A stretch of 64,000 bases of DNA from Gemmatimonadaceae bacterium (lineage in GTDB: Bacteria > Gemmatimonadota > Gemmatimonadetes > Gemmatimonadales > Gemmatimonadaceae). The notes beneath the pieces are model-generated. The model saw only the letters and a program-made list of their open reading frames with translations, was not told the DNA's origin and made no database searches. The stretch lies in the NCBI GenBank assembly GCA_045803545.1, contig JBJMOW010000004.1, positions 384,001 to 448,000 of the forward strand, read 5' to 3'. Position numbers and translations under genes: made by a program. Of the stretch, positions 40,720 to 50,322 are shown in pieces; positions within the stretch are counted from its first letter, which is position 1, and every line of letters begins with the position of its first letter.

Positions 40720-40881
40720 TGAACTATCCTCTCCCAACAGGGCATTTCGTAGAGCGTCTACCGTAGGCGAGCGAAATGCAATCGCGCCTTCCGCCACACC
40801 GAATAGTAACCCGATTGATGTACTATCCCTAAGGCAGTGCCCTGAGGGGGGCAAGTTTTGTGCAAGAAATCGAAGCTGGGG

Positions 40882-41091
40882 TTACGCAGCGCCCGCCACG
40901 TAATGTGCTGAGCGACCGCAGTTCTGGCAGCGAAGGGTGACGTGGGTGTAGGGAGGCGGCGGCACTTGGCGCGGATCGCGCTCGATTATGCCGGAGCAGG
41001 ATGGACAGCTGAGAGGAGATCCGCTACGGTCGTTACTGATAAGAAACAGTGCCTGAGCGGGGTTGTACGCGTTCGGACGTGGCTTGCGCAT
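40882..41091 (-). CDS. Small zinc-ribbon protein
   Basis: 69 aa with CPSC and CQNC pairs; GGAG SD. Confidence 0.6.
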   Translation of the reverse strand: MRKPRPNAYNPAQALFLISNDRSGSPLSCPSCSGIIERDPRQVPPPPYTHVTLRCQNCGRSAHYVAGAA

Positions 41092-41212
41092 GAGCTCTCC
41101 GTGCAACAAAGCGGCGCTGTTCGGTTGGCGTCGCATATGGTTTTTTTGACGGCACCCTTGAGGAAGAAGAGCCATCGAGATTCATGAGCGGCTCGGTGCA
41201 GGGCTGACGCTG

Positions 41213-41884
41213 GTGCTCGTCACAGCGTGCGGTCCGCATGCCCATATACCGCTCCGACCGACCAATCTGCCGGGCGTGCTTAATCCAACGGATAGTGGAA
41301 CTCTGTTGGCACAGCGCCTAGCACCGGTTTTATACCTACAAAAGGATGAAACGTTCCCGCTGGAGCGGGTGGTGGCGGTCCTGCACCCCACCCGACGCAT
41401 TATTGCCTACCATTTGCTGTGGCGAGACGACGTCCACGGGTCCTGGATTCCGTTTACGGTCCCGACGGATGAAGAGGTCCTGTGGGTAGGATACGATTCA
41501 ACCTACGCGCCTGTTGATCTCTGGACGTACTGGCACGGCCGGATTTTGCACACGCCGTGGCCGCGATCGCAGGTCACAATCGATGTGCAATGGGGTAAGC
41601 ACGGAAGTCTGCCCAGAAACGTCCGCGAGAGCGACCTGCCGAAGCCGCAGACTCTCAACTTCTTCTACGCGATGACGATTTTTGGGGAGCCTGACATTTT
41701 GCTGGGTGACCTGACGCGAAAAGGCCCGATCTGTTTCTGCCATGGCTATGATCGCTACCGCCAGTTCACCCGACCGCTTCTGATATCCGGAAAGATCGAT
41801 GCTGTAGTGCGCGCTGAGGATGCCAGCGCTGTGCTGAAGGGAGTTTTCGGTCATAAGTACTCGAACAAACACCGTTGGCCGTAG
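41213..41884 (+). CDS. Hypothetical probable lipoprotein
   Basis: VTAC lipobox-like sequence; LA.RLAPVLY N-terminal motif; ends at a terminator. Start uncertain. Confidence 0.65.
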   Translation: MLVTACGPHAHIPLRPTNLPGVLNPTDSGTLLAQRLAPVLYLQKDETFPLERVVAVLHPTRRIIAYHLLWRDDVHGSWIPFTVPTDEEVLWVGYDSTYAPVDLWTYWHGRILHTPWPRSQVTIDVQWGKHGSLPRNVRESDLPKPQTLNFFYAMTIFGEPDILLGDLTRKGPICFCHGYDRYRQFTRPLLISGKIDAVVRAEDASAVLKGVFGHKYSNKHRWP

Positions 41885-41894
41885 CAGTGGAGAC

Positions 41895-41929
41895 AAAAAA
41901 ACTCCGGCGATTTCTCGCCGGAGTTTTTT
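41895..41929. terminator. Bidirectional intrinsic terminator
   Basis: A-run-CTCCGGCGA-TTTC-TCGCCGGAG-T-run between convergent genes. Confidence 0.92.
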
Positions 41930-41940
41930 ACCACCCATTG

Positions 41941-43545
41941 TTAGCGATGCGTTGAAGCCGACGCCGTTGCCTGCTGTTCTCTCGCTGCAATGACGAAGAG
42001 ATCCTTCTGCGAATTACTCTGCTTGATAACATCCAAAGCGTGCACGAGCTGATTATCGTCGCTCACGCTGCGGCGCTTGGCTGCTGAATCACCGAAAGCA
42101 AGACGCGCTACGGTATTGCCGAGAAGACGATCGACTTCCGGACCAGCCTGCTCGTACAGATTGCGATCGACTGCAACTCCTTTCGCTTGCAGCCGGCGAT
42201 AGAACTCCTCACGCCAGGCAGTCGGCACGACGAAGTCTGGTTTCACAGTTTTCTTGAGCTCGAGCGAATAGTCCATCAACGTCGCTCTGACATCTGCAGT
42301 CTTGGGTGCGAAGGCGTTGAAGAGTTTCTGCTCGGGAGTCGTCAGCGTGTCCGGTCGAACGATGATGTCCGGAGTGATCGCGCCGCCGCCGTAGACCACT
42401 CGTCCGGCATCCGATTTGAACGCTGGACGTGACCGACGAGCTGAATCGGTCTCCAGTGAATCGGGCATCACTTCAACGAATTCTCCGCTCGGCAACAGTT
42501 TGCGCTCCTTCTGAATCGAGCGGCCATTCGGCGTGTACCATTTGGCGGTCGTCATCTTGAGCGCATAACCACCTTCGAGCGGGAATACGGACTGCACGAG
42601 TCCTTTTCCGAACGACGTGGTGCCGACGATCAGCGCGCGATCGTGGTCCTGCAACGCGCCCGCGACGATCTCCGATGCCGAGGCACTTCTGCCATCGGTC
42701 AACAGGATGAGCGGGATGGACGGAGCGACGGGATCATCGCTGGCGACGAAAGTCTGGTTCTCTCCGTTGCGAGCGCGAATGCTGGAGATCTGCTGTCCCT
42801 TGTGAAGGAACAGGTTGCTGACGCTGAGCGACTGATCGAGAATGCCGCCCGGATTGCCGCGCAAATCGATGACGATGCCTTTCGCGCCCTGTCGTGAGAG
42901 TTTCGTAACCGAGCTCTCGATCTCGTCGCGCGCGCTCTCGTTGAACTGCAGGAGCGGGATGTAACCGATGTTGCCATCTAGCATGATGGCGTAAGGCACT
43001 GCGGGAATGTTGATGACGGCGCGAGTGAAGGTGATCGGAATCAGCTCCGTAACGCCAGGCCTCGAGAATTTGACGAGGACTCTGCTGCCAGGATTACCCT
43101 TGAGGGCGTCGGAGGTCTGCGAAACCGTCCAGCCGCGAGTATTCGTGGTGTCGATGAAATTGATGCGATCGCCTTCCTGCACTCCGGCCTGCTCGGCAGG
43201 GGTGTGCGGAAATACGCGCTGGACGGTGATGAAGCCCTGGGTCTCGGCGATTTCCATTCCGATGCCTGCGTAGCGCCCATTGGTCTGGGCGTTGAACGTC
43301 GAGAGCTCTTTTGGCGACAGCAGCACGCTGTACGGGTCGTTCAATTCGTGGACGAGGCCGCGTGCGGCTTTCTCATAGAGAGTTGCCTGATCGACCGTAT
43401 CGACGAATCGCGTCGACACAATGCTGAGGACCTGATCGAGGAGCCGGGCGCCTTGCTGGCTTTCGTGCTCCTGGAAAACGAAGCCTCCTGCCATTACCGG
43501 GATCAAGGCAAGGCAGAAGAGCAGACTTTTTCTGGTTCGGGACAT
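41941..43545 (-). CDS. ctpA: S41A C-terminal processing protease with PDZ domain
   Basis: DPYS, GIG, DLRGNPGG, SASASEIVAGALQD, SFGKG.VQ. Confidence 0.93.
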   Translation of the reverse strand: MSRTRKSLLFCLALIPVMAGGFVFQEHESQQGARLLDQVLSIVSTRFVDTVDQATLYEKAARGLVHELNDPYSVLLSPKELSTFNAQTNGRYAGIGMEIAETQGFITVQRVFPHTPAEQAGVQEGDRINFIDTTNTRGWTVSQTSDALKGNPGSRVLVKFSRPGVTELIPITFTRAVINIPAVPYAIMLDGNIGYIPLLQFNESARDEIESSVTKLSRQGAKGIVIDLRGNPGGILDQSLSVSNLFLHKGQQISSIRARNGENQTFVASDDPVAPSIPLILLTDGRSASASEIVAGALQDHDRALIVGTTSFGKGLVQSVFPLEGGYALKMTTAKWYTPNGRSIQKERKLLPSGEFVEVMPDSLETDSARRSRPAFKSDAGRVVYGGGAITPDIIVRPDTLTTPEQKLFNAFAPKTADVRATLMDYSLELKKTVKPDFVVPTAWREEFYRRLQAKGVAVDRNLYEQAGPEVDRLLGNTVARLAFGDSAAKRRSVSDDNQLVHALDVIKQSNSQKDLFVIAAREQQATASASTHR

Positions 43546-43666
43546 ACGAAGACTCGGATTAATTGAAAGTGCCTTAGCCGTAAGTCGACTCAGGCCAACT
43601 AATTAGATACGCTTTTCTGGTGCTCAGTGTTCCTAGGACGCACAAAGGGCACCAGAGGAACGCGGG

Positions 43667-44518
43667 TCAGGCAGCTCGGGAAGCGAGTACATAATCTACC
43701 AGCCAATCCCGGTTCAGCTGCCGAAATGTAGCATCCCTCAGCAAGCCGGCCGCCAGCAGCATCTCGTGCGCGGGCTGGAGCACTCGTTGCAAATGGGAAG
43801 GGTACCGTTGGGTAAGTGGCAGTTGTTCGGCAAGGAGGGTGAGCGGTACACGCCAGGTCACCATTCCCTCTTCGCGCGCGACCTCCAGCAAACGGTAGAG
43901 GCGGCGGGCGACAGGATTGGTCAAAGAGAGATAATGGCTGGCCGACAGTGTAACGATATGACCGGCGGCGATGTTGGAGCGGATAACCGGACCGATGGTG
44001 ACTCTTGCGTCGCCCGGCTCCGAGGCCGCAAGCACCGGAAAGAGCGTGAACTGTTCGCGCTCGGCGAGGCGGCGACGTGCAATTGAGACTGATGAGAGTA
44101 TGGTAAAACGCCCTTCTAGCGGCTGTCCCTCACGTGCTGCAACGTACACTCCGCTCGATTCTAGCGTTGTGCGCTCCAGCCTGGTGAGCGCCGACCGCAA
44201 CTGCTCGTATGTTCTGCCGTCAACGCGCCTGCCGATCGAGCGCAGGAAGGCGTGAAGAGTGAAGCTGATCGCGCCATCTTCAGGAGCTCCTGCCTCGTGG
44301 TAGCGATGCAAAAGCTCGATGTAAACGTCCTGGTCAAACGTACCCGGCAAGCGATCACCGGGGCTTGGCAGTACCCTCCAGCGTCCGCCGCTTTCGGGAG
44401 AAAAAGAGATTGCAGTGTCTTCAGCGGAGTCGCTGAGTCGAAAGACCGGAAGGGCCTCGAGAGATCGGTCGAGAACGATAGCGCGCGTCGCGGTTCGACG
44501 ACGGGCCACAAAGGTCAT
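43667..44518 (-). CDS. Plasmid-type replication initiator-like protein (Replication initiator protein A / TrfA-like winged helix)
   Basis: E.LPVF.LS, LP..FDQDV.I.L, FT....L..IG....G..Y..L..AL.RL..T.L, Y..L....ARRLYRLL pattern. Confidence 0.7.
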   Translation of the reverse strand: MTFVARRRTATRAIVLDRSLEALPVFRLSDSAEDTAISFSPESGGRWRVLPSPGDRLPGTFDQDVYIELLHRYHEAGAPEDGAISFTLHAFLRSIGRRVDGRTYEQLRSALTRLERTTLESSGVYVAAREGQPLEGRFTILSSVSIARRRLAEREQFTLFPVLAASEPGDARVTIGPVIRSNIAAGHIVTLSASHYLSLTNPVARRLYRLLEVAREEGMVTWRVPLTLLAEQLPLTQRYPSHLQRVLQPAHEMLLAAGLLRDATFRQLNRDWLVDYVLASRAA

Positions 44519-44529
44519 ACAGAGAGAAT

Positions 44530-45828
44530 ATGACACTGATCAAGTACATTGCAATTGCGGCCCTGATTCTGTTCGGAGTCGTACTGGCGCTGATCGGGAT
44601 CCTATCGGTCACCCACGACACTCCGGTTCGCAGCGTACTCGCCGAAGGCGACCGCGATGGCCCGCCCAGTATCGAAGATCCGCTGTTCGCTCACAGCATC
44701 GAGCTTTTCACCGGAACCCATCTCGATTCCGGCAACAGCGTTCAGATAATGCTCAATGGCGATGGCACTTATCCACAGTTATGGAAGGACATCGCGTCTG
44801 CCCAACAGACGGTGACCGTACAGATGTACTATTCGCAACCGGGTGCGGTCGCGGATACGATGGCGAAGTATCTGATCGACCGCGCGCAGCACAAGGTGCG
44901 GGTGTTGCTGCTGCTGGACGCATTCGGCTCACAGCCGCTGAAGCGTGATTGGATCGCAAATCTGAAACGCGCGGGCGTCGAGGTAGTGTGGCTGCGTCCT
45001 TTGCGTTGGTACACCCTACAAAAGGCAGCTCAGCGATCTCACGTGCGAGTTGTGGTAGTCGACGGTCGCATCGGCTACACGGGGGGCTTTGGGCTCGCCG
45101 ACTATTGGCTCGGCGACGGACATCACGAAGATCAGTGGCGTGAGACGAACGTCAGGTTCGAAGGTCCGACGGTAGCCGCGCTCCAGGCAGCGTTTGCTGC
45201 TGCATGGGCAGAAGCAACGGGCGAGCTGCTTACGGGCGACATGTTCTTCCCCAAGACGTCGTTCGCAACTGCGGGGAACGTGGAAGCCGGTTTGATGCAC
45301 AGCATTCCCAGCACCGGCAGCACACCAGCGGAGCGGTTCCTTGCGCTTTCCATCGCCGGCGCGCGACGCACGCTTTACGTCAGCAACTCTTACTTCGTAC
45401 CCGGCGAAAATTTCCTGCGACTGCTACTAGCCGCCGCGCATCGCGGTGTTGATGTACGCATTCTCACGGTCAGCGACAAAACGGACGTGAAGACGACGTG
45501 GTATGCGGGCCGCACCTATTACGAGAAGCTGCTCGAGGGTGGCGTCAAGATCTACGAGTATCAGCCGACGATGATGCATGCCAAGACCATGGTGGTCGAT
45601 GGGATGTGGTCGTCCATCGGATCGATGAACTTCGACAACCGTTCTCTGTCGTTCAATAACGAGTCGTTGCTACTGGCGCTCGATCGGAACGTGGGCGCAA
45701 AGATGGATTCGGTATTCATGGACGACGTCAAATGGTCGAAAGAGATCAAGCTCGACGAATTCAGGAAACGGCCAATCTCCGGACGGATTCTCGAATGGGG
45801 AGCACAGAAGCTGCGCCGAGTGCTCTAA
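44530..45828 (+). CDS. cls: Cardiolipin synthase-type phospholipase D
   Basis: LLLDAFGS, first motif RSHVRVVVVDG, second motif MMHAKTMVVD, GSMNFDNRS. Confidence 0.85.
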   Translation: MTLIKYIAIAALILFGVVLALIGILSVTHDTPVRSVLAEGDRDGPPSIEDPLFAHSIELFTGTHLDSGNSVQIMLNGDGTYPQLWKDIASAQQTVTVQMYYSQPGAVADTMAKYLIDRAQHKVRVLLLLDAFGSQPLKRDWIANLKRAGVEVVWLRPLRWYTLQKAAQRSHVRVVVVDGRIGYTGGFGLADYWLGDGHHEDQWRETNVRFEGPTVAALQAAFAAAWAEATGELLTGDMFFPKTSFATAGNVEAGLMHSIPSTGSTPAERFLALSIAGARRTLYVSNSYFVPGENFLRLLLAAAHRGVDVRILTVSDKTDVKTTWYAGRTYYEKLLEGGVKIYEYQPTMMHAKTMVVDGMWSSIGSMNFDNRSLSFNNESLLLALDRNVGAKMDSVFMDDVKWSKEIKLDEFRKRPISGRILEWGAQKLRRVL

Positions 45829-45846
45829 GACAAGCGTGAATATCAG

Positions 45847-48800
45847 ATGGCTCGTGGTGTAGGCAAGAGCTCGCCGCTGGGGCGGTTCCATCCGATTGTC
45901 CGGAAGTGGTTCAAGGAGACGCTCGGAGAGCCGAGCGATCCTCAGCGCCAGGGTTGGCCAGCGATCGCCAGTGGTGAGCATACGCTGGTGCTGGCGCCGA
46001 CCGGAACCGGCAAGACGTTGGCGGCGTTTCTATGGGAGCTGAATGAGCTGATCGTTCGCGGGCTGGACGAGGCTCTGCCCAACGCGGTGCACCTGCTTTA
46101 CATCTCGCCGCTCAAAGCGCTCAACAATGATATCCAGCGAAATCTCGATCGGCCGCTGCGCGAGCTGAAAGAGCGATTCGACGCGGAGGGGAAGAAGTTT
46201 CCCGAAATACGCGTTGCAGTTCGCACCGGTGATACGTCGGCGTCCGCGCGCGCAAAGATGCTGCGTCGGTCGCCACACATTCTGATCACGACGCCCGAAT
46301 CACTGAACATCATGCTCACGACACTAAAGGGTCGGGGAATGTTCAGCGGTGTCCGCGCGGTGATCGTCGATGAGATCCACGCAATCGCGGGCACCAAAAG
46401 AGGAGCGCACCTCGCATTGACGCTGGAGCGTCTAGAAGCGCTGGTGGAGAAAACGCCGCAGCGAATCGGGCTGTCGGCAACGCAGCGGCCGCTCGAGGAA
46501 GTCGCCCGATTTCTTGGCGGCTGTCGCAGCAACGGCGGTTCGCCATCGTTTCGGCCGGTGACGATAGTGGATTGCGGTCTCACCAAGGAAATGGAGATCC
46601 ACGTCGAATCACCCGTCGCTGATCTGGCGAATGTCGGAGGAAGTATCTGGCCGGCGGTCGCGCCGCTGGTGCTCAAACACATTCAGGCGTCGCGCACCAC
46701 TCTCGTCTTCGTGAACAATCGCGCGCAGGCGGAAAAAATAGCAGCGCGTGTGAATAAGCTCGCGGACGAGGAAGTCGCACTGCCTTATCACGGATCCTTG
46801 GCGAGAGAGCGTCGCTTTTTGCTCGAGGAGAGGCTGAAGGCAGGGTCGCTCCGTGCCCTGGTGACGACGAGCTCTCTCGAGCTCGGCATTGACATCGGTT
46901 CCGTCGATCTCGTCATACAGCTCCAGTCGCCCAAGCGCGTCGCCTCCGCGCTGCAGCGAATCGGTAGAGCGGGCCACGCGCTCGGCGTTGCAAGTCGAGG
47001 AATCCTGGTACCGACATTTCGCGATGACGCCGTCGAAATTGCCGCAATCGTGGCGGCGATGCGGGCTGGCGATGTCGAACCCACGCAAGTCGTGCAGAAC
47101 GCGCTCGACGTGCTGGCGCAGGTGATTGTCGCTGCGGTGTCGGTCGACGACTGGACCACTACCGGTCTGTATGATCTGGTGAGACGGGCTTATCCGTATC
47201 ATCAGCTCACTCGCACAGCGTTCGACGAAGTGCTCGAGATGCTTTCTGGTAAGTATCCGTCTGACGTTGCGGCCGAGCTCGAGCCGCGCATCACCTGGGA
47301 CCGTGTCAATGATCGGCTGGTGGGCAGCCGTGCAGCACGGATGACGGCGGTGATTTCAGGCGGGACGATTCCCGACCGGGGGCTGTACACTGTCAATCTT
47401 CCGGACCGGACTCGGCTGGGCGAGCTGGATGAGGAATTCGTGCACGAGTCGCGAATGGGAGATGTATTCCAGCTCGGCTCGTCGACCTGGCGGATTGCCG
47501 CAATCGAGCATGACCGTGTCGTCGTTACTCCCGCACCCGGTACTCCAGCGAGAATGCCGTTCTGGCACGGTGAGTACATGGCGCGATCCCTGATGCTGAG
47601 TCACCGCGTCGGTGCATTGCGGCGCGAACTGTCTGAAGGCCCAAACGAAGAGAGACTGGCGGCCGAATACGGATGCGATGCCGCGACCGCGAACTCGCTG
47701 GTGAAGTACATCGCAGCTCAACGAGCGGCAACCGGCATTGTTCCCGACGATCGGAACATCGTCATCGAGCAATTCCGCGACGAAACCGGAGCCGTGCGTA
47801 TCGTGATTCATGCGGCGTATGGCGGCAGAATCACCGCGCCGTGGGGAATGGCCCTCGCGCAACGCATGCGAGAAGCGATCAACGAGACCGACCTGCAAGT
47901 GCAGACGACGGACGACGGCATCATGCTGCGTCTGCCGGATCTTGGAATGACGACGCCGCTCCAATCATTGCTCGGTTTGGCCGGCGGGGAAGCCGAACAA
48001 CTGGTAATGGAGGAAGTCGGATCGACATCGCTGTTCGGTGCGCGTTTTCGCATGAACGCAGCGCGTGCGCTGTTACTGCCACGCGGCAATCCGCGCCGAC
48101 GGATGCCACTCTGGCTGCAACGACTCAAATCGCTCGATCTACTGCAGGTGGTGCGACAGTTCCCGAGTTTTCCGATTCTGGTCGAGACGTATCGTGAAGT
48201 GTTACAGGATGCTTTCGACATGCAGGGACTGAAGGATGTGCTTGCAGAAATTGCCGCCGGCGTGATCCGGATTCACACCGTGCACACCGACGTCCCGTCG
48301 CCGTTCGCGGCGAGCCTTCAGTTCGGATTCGTAATGGATTGGCTGTACGGCGACGACACGCCGCGCGCCGAACAGCGTGCCGCGCTGCTATCGATCGATC
48401 GATCGCTGCTCGACGAAGTAATGGGAGGAGAGGGCAGTGACGACATTACGCGTGAGGCGATCGAGCAAACGCTCACCGAGAGACGCGGCACCGCGATCGG
48501 TCGCCGCGCTCGTACGGAGGACGAACTGGCTCATTTGCTCGATCGAGCCGGCGATCTCACCCAGGAAGAACTGCAGGCAAGGATCGCCACCGAAGACGAA
48601 GGCCGTCGCGGCGATCCGTTCAGCAAGCTGCTCGAAACGGGAAGAACGGTGGCCATTCCATTGGGAAGTGAAGAAGCGCGTGAGTGGCGATTGATCCTAA
48701 CCGAGACATTCCCGCGCTACATCTCTGCGTTCGGGACCGAGCAGCTGGCGAGTGTGAAAGCCGGACGGCATCTCAGCGAGCAGCCTGCTTCGACCGCGGT

Positions 48801-50322
48801 CCCCGAAATTCTGCGCAACGCAATTATCAACGCGTCCGTCGCGCGCCGCGAGGTACTGGCGAGATTTCTGACGCAGTCTGGGCCAGTAACGATCAAGGAG
48901 ATCTACGATCGGTATGGGTGGGATGAGCGATGGATCGAATCACGCCTTGCTGAGTGGGAGCGCACCGGGAAGCTGATTCGCGGAAAATTTCGCAGGGAGG
49001 TCCGTGACCTCGAGTGGTGCTCGCGCCGGGTCGTTGAGATTGGCAGACGGCGAGCTCTCGCTGCACTGCGGAAGCAGATCGAAGCGGTGGAGCTGCCGCA
49101 ATTCCAGGCATTCATGCACCGCTGGCAGCATCTCGATCAACGGGACCGGCTTAATCCGCTGAGCGGTGCTGAGACAGCAGTGCGCCAACTATATGGTATA
49201 GCACGACCGCCAATGGCCTGGGATCGCGACTATCTGCGCGCGCGTATTGCTGCCTATGACCCGGCATCGCTCTCCAGGTTTGCAGCGTCGGGCGAGCCGG
49301 TGTGGTCCGGTGAAGGTGTGCATGATCCAGAGACCGGCTCGATTCCGTTGCGCGCTGTGCGGTTCTTCGAAAGAGGTACAGGCTCGCTCTGGATCAATCA
49401 GACTCAGGAACCCGTGCTGAGCGAGAACGCGGAAAAAGTCAGAGCTACGATTGCCGAAGAAGGCGCCTCATTCGTCGGCGACATTCAGGCGATCACCGGT
49501 CTGACAATGCTGGCGGTGCGCGAAGCAATTCGCGAACTGGTAGCGTGGGGTCTGGTGACGAACGACACCGTTGAAGCAATGCGGGAGGTCGCCCGCTGGA
49601 AACCGATGCTGCCCCGCACCGGCAACGATCCGACCAGCTGGCTGCCCGCGGAGTACAAGCCATCGCCGAATCGACGTTTTCAGCGCAGTCGCCCAAATCT
49701 GCGTCGTCTTCCGAAATGGCGCCGGCCGGACAAGCCAGGGGCGGCGGTGAGCGGATGGACTGGACGCTGGTCGGTCGTCCGACGTCGCAGCACGATGGGG
49801 CCTGAGCTTCCTGAGGAAGAGCACGCCGAGCGAATCGCGCGGCAGTGGCTCACGCGTTATGGAATCGTCTCTCGCGACTGGTGGCGGCGTGAGCGCCCAC
49901 CCGTTTCATGGCGCGCAATTTATCGGGAGCTGAAACGGCTCGAGTTTCGAGGCGAGGTCCGTCGCGGATATTTCGTAAGAGGCCTTGGCGGTGCGCAGTT
50001 CGCGATGCCAGATGCCGTGGAGTGGCTGCGCACGGCTGCCGGTGAGGAAGCATCGCAGGCGGAGTTCGTGGTGATGGCTGCCAGCGATCCGGCCAACGTC
50101 TACAATCTTCCCCTCGAGCTCATCGAGAAGGATCCGCTGTCCCGACCTCGTGGCTCGGGTGCACTCCTCGTCACACGTGGTGGTCGTGTTGCAATCGCCG
50201 CTGAGGCGCGCGGCAGGAGATTCACCGTGGCGAATTGGGTAACACCGGAAGAAGCAGCGGCGGCGAAAGCAGCGCTGCGCGAACATTTGCGCGGAGAGAG
50301 ATCCGCGCACTACATCATTTGA
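45847..50322 (+). CDS. lhr: Full-length Lhr (large helicase-related) SF2 helicase
   Basis: APTGTGKT, DEIH, LSAT, QRIGRAGH, SGGTIPDRG, PSPFA, and CTD motifs GRWS, RYGIV, RRGYFVRGLGGAQFA. Confidence 0.93.
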   Translation: MARGVGKSSPLGRFHPIVRKWFKETLGEPSDPQRQGWPAIASGEHTLVLAPTGTGKTLAAFLWELNELIVRGLDEALPNAVHLLYISPLKALNNDIQRNLDRPLRELKERFDAEGKKFPEIRVAVRTGDTSASARAKMLRRSPHILITTPESLNIMLTTLKGRGMFSGVRAVIVDEIHAIAGTKRGAHLALTLERLEALVEKTPQRIGLSATQRPLEEVARFLGGCRSNGGSPSFRPVTIVDCGLTKEMEIHVESPVADLANVGGSIWPAVAPLVLKHIQASRTTLVFVNNRAQAEKIAARVNKLADEEVALPYHGSLARERRFLLEERLKAGSLRALVTTSSLELGIDIGSVDLVIQLQSPKRVASALQRIGRAGHALGVASRGILVPTFRDDAVEIAAIVAAMRAGDVEPTQVVQNALDVLAQVIVAAVSVDDWTTTGLYDLVRRAYPYHQLTRTAFDEVLEMLSGKYPSDVAAELEPRITWDRVNDRLVGSRAARMTAVISGGTIPDRGLYTVNLPDRTRLGELDEEFVHESRMGDVFQLGSSTWRIAAIEHDRVVVTPAPGTPARMPFWHGEYMARSLMLSHRVGALRRELSEGPNEERLAAEYGCDAATANSLVKYIAAQRAATGIVPDDRNIVIEQFRDETGAVRIVIHAAYGGRITAPWGMALAQRMREAINETDLQVQTTDDGIMLRLPDLGMTTPLQSLLGLAGGEAEQLVMEEVGSTSLFGARFRMNAARALLLPRGNPRRRMPLWLQRLKSLDLLQVVRQFPSFPILVETYREVLQDAFDMQGLKDVLAEIAAGVIRIHTVHTDVPSPFAASLQFGFVMDWLYGDDTPRAEQRAALLSIDRSLLDEVMGGEGSDDITREAIEQTLTERRGTAIGRRARTEDELAHLLDRAGDLTQEELQARIATEDEGRRGDPFSKLLETGRTVAIPLGSEEAREWRLILTETFPRYISAFGTEQLASVKAGRHLSEQPASTAVPEILRNAIINASVARREVLARFLTQSGPVTIKEIYDRYGWDERWIESRLAEWERTGKLIRGKFRREVRDLEWCSRRVVEIGRRRALAALRKQIEAVELPQFQAFMHRWQHLDQRDRLNPLSGAETAVRQLYGIARPPMAWDRDYLRARIAAYDPASLSRFAASGEPVWSGEGVHDPETGSIPLRAVRFFERGTGSLWINQTQEPVLSENAEKVRATIAEEGASFVGDIQAITGLTMLAVREAIRELVAWGLVTNDTVEAMREVARWKPMLPRTGNDPTSWLPAEYKPSPNRRFQRSRPNLRRLPKWRRPDKPGAAVSGWTGRWSVVRRRSTMGPELPEEEHAERIARQWLTRYGIVSRDWWRRERPPVSWRAIYRELKRLEFRGEVRRGYFVRGLGGAQFAMPDAVEWLRTAAGEEASQAEFVVMAASDPANVYNLPLELIEKDPLSRPRGSGALLVTRGGRVAIAAEARGRRFTVANWVTPEEAAAAKAALREHLRGERSAHYII

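Noticed and set aside
44769..44777. oriC inferred from a DnaA box
   Set aside because: A single box inside a CDS, with no cluster or AT-rich unwinding element, can arise by chance. Kept only as a side note to the Rep finding.
43546..50322. Integrated plasmid or defence island (Rep + PLD + helicase)
   Set aside because: No integrase, att repeats, par or transfer genes. The PLD looks like membrane Cls and the helicase is ordinary Lhr.
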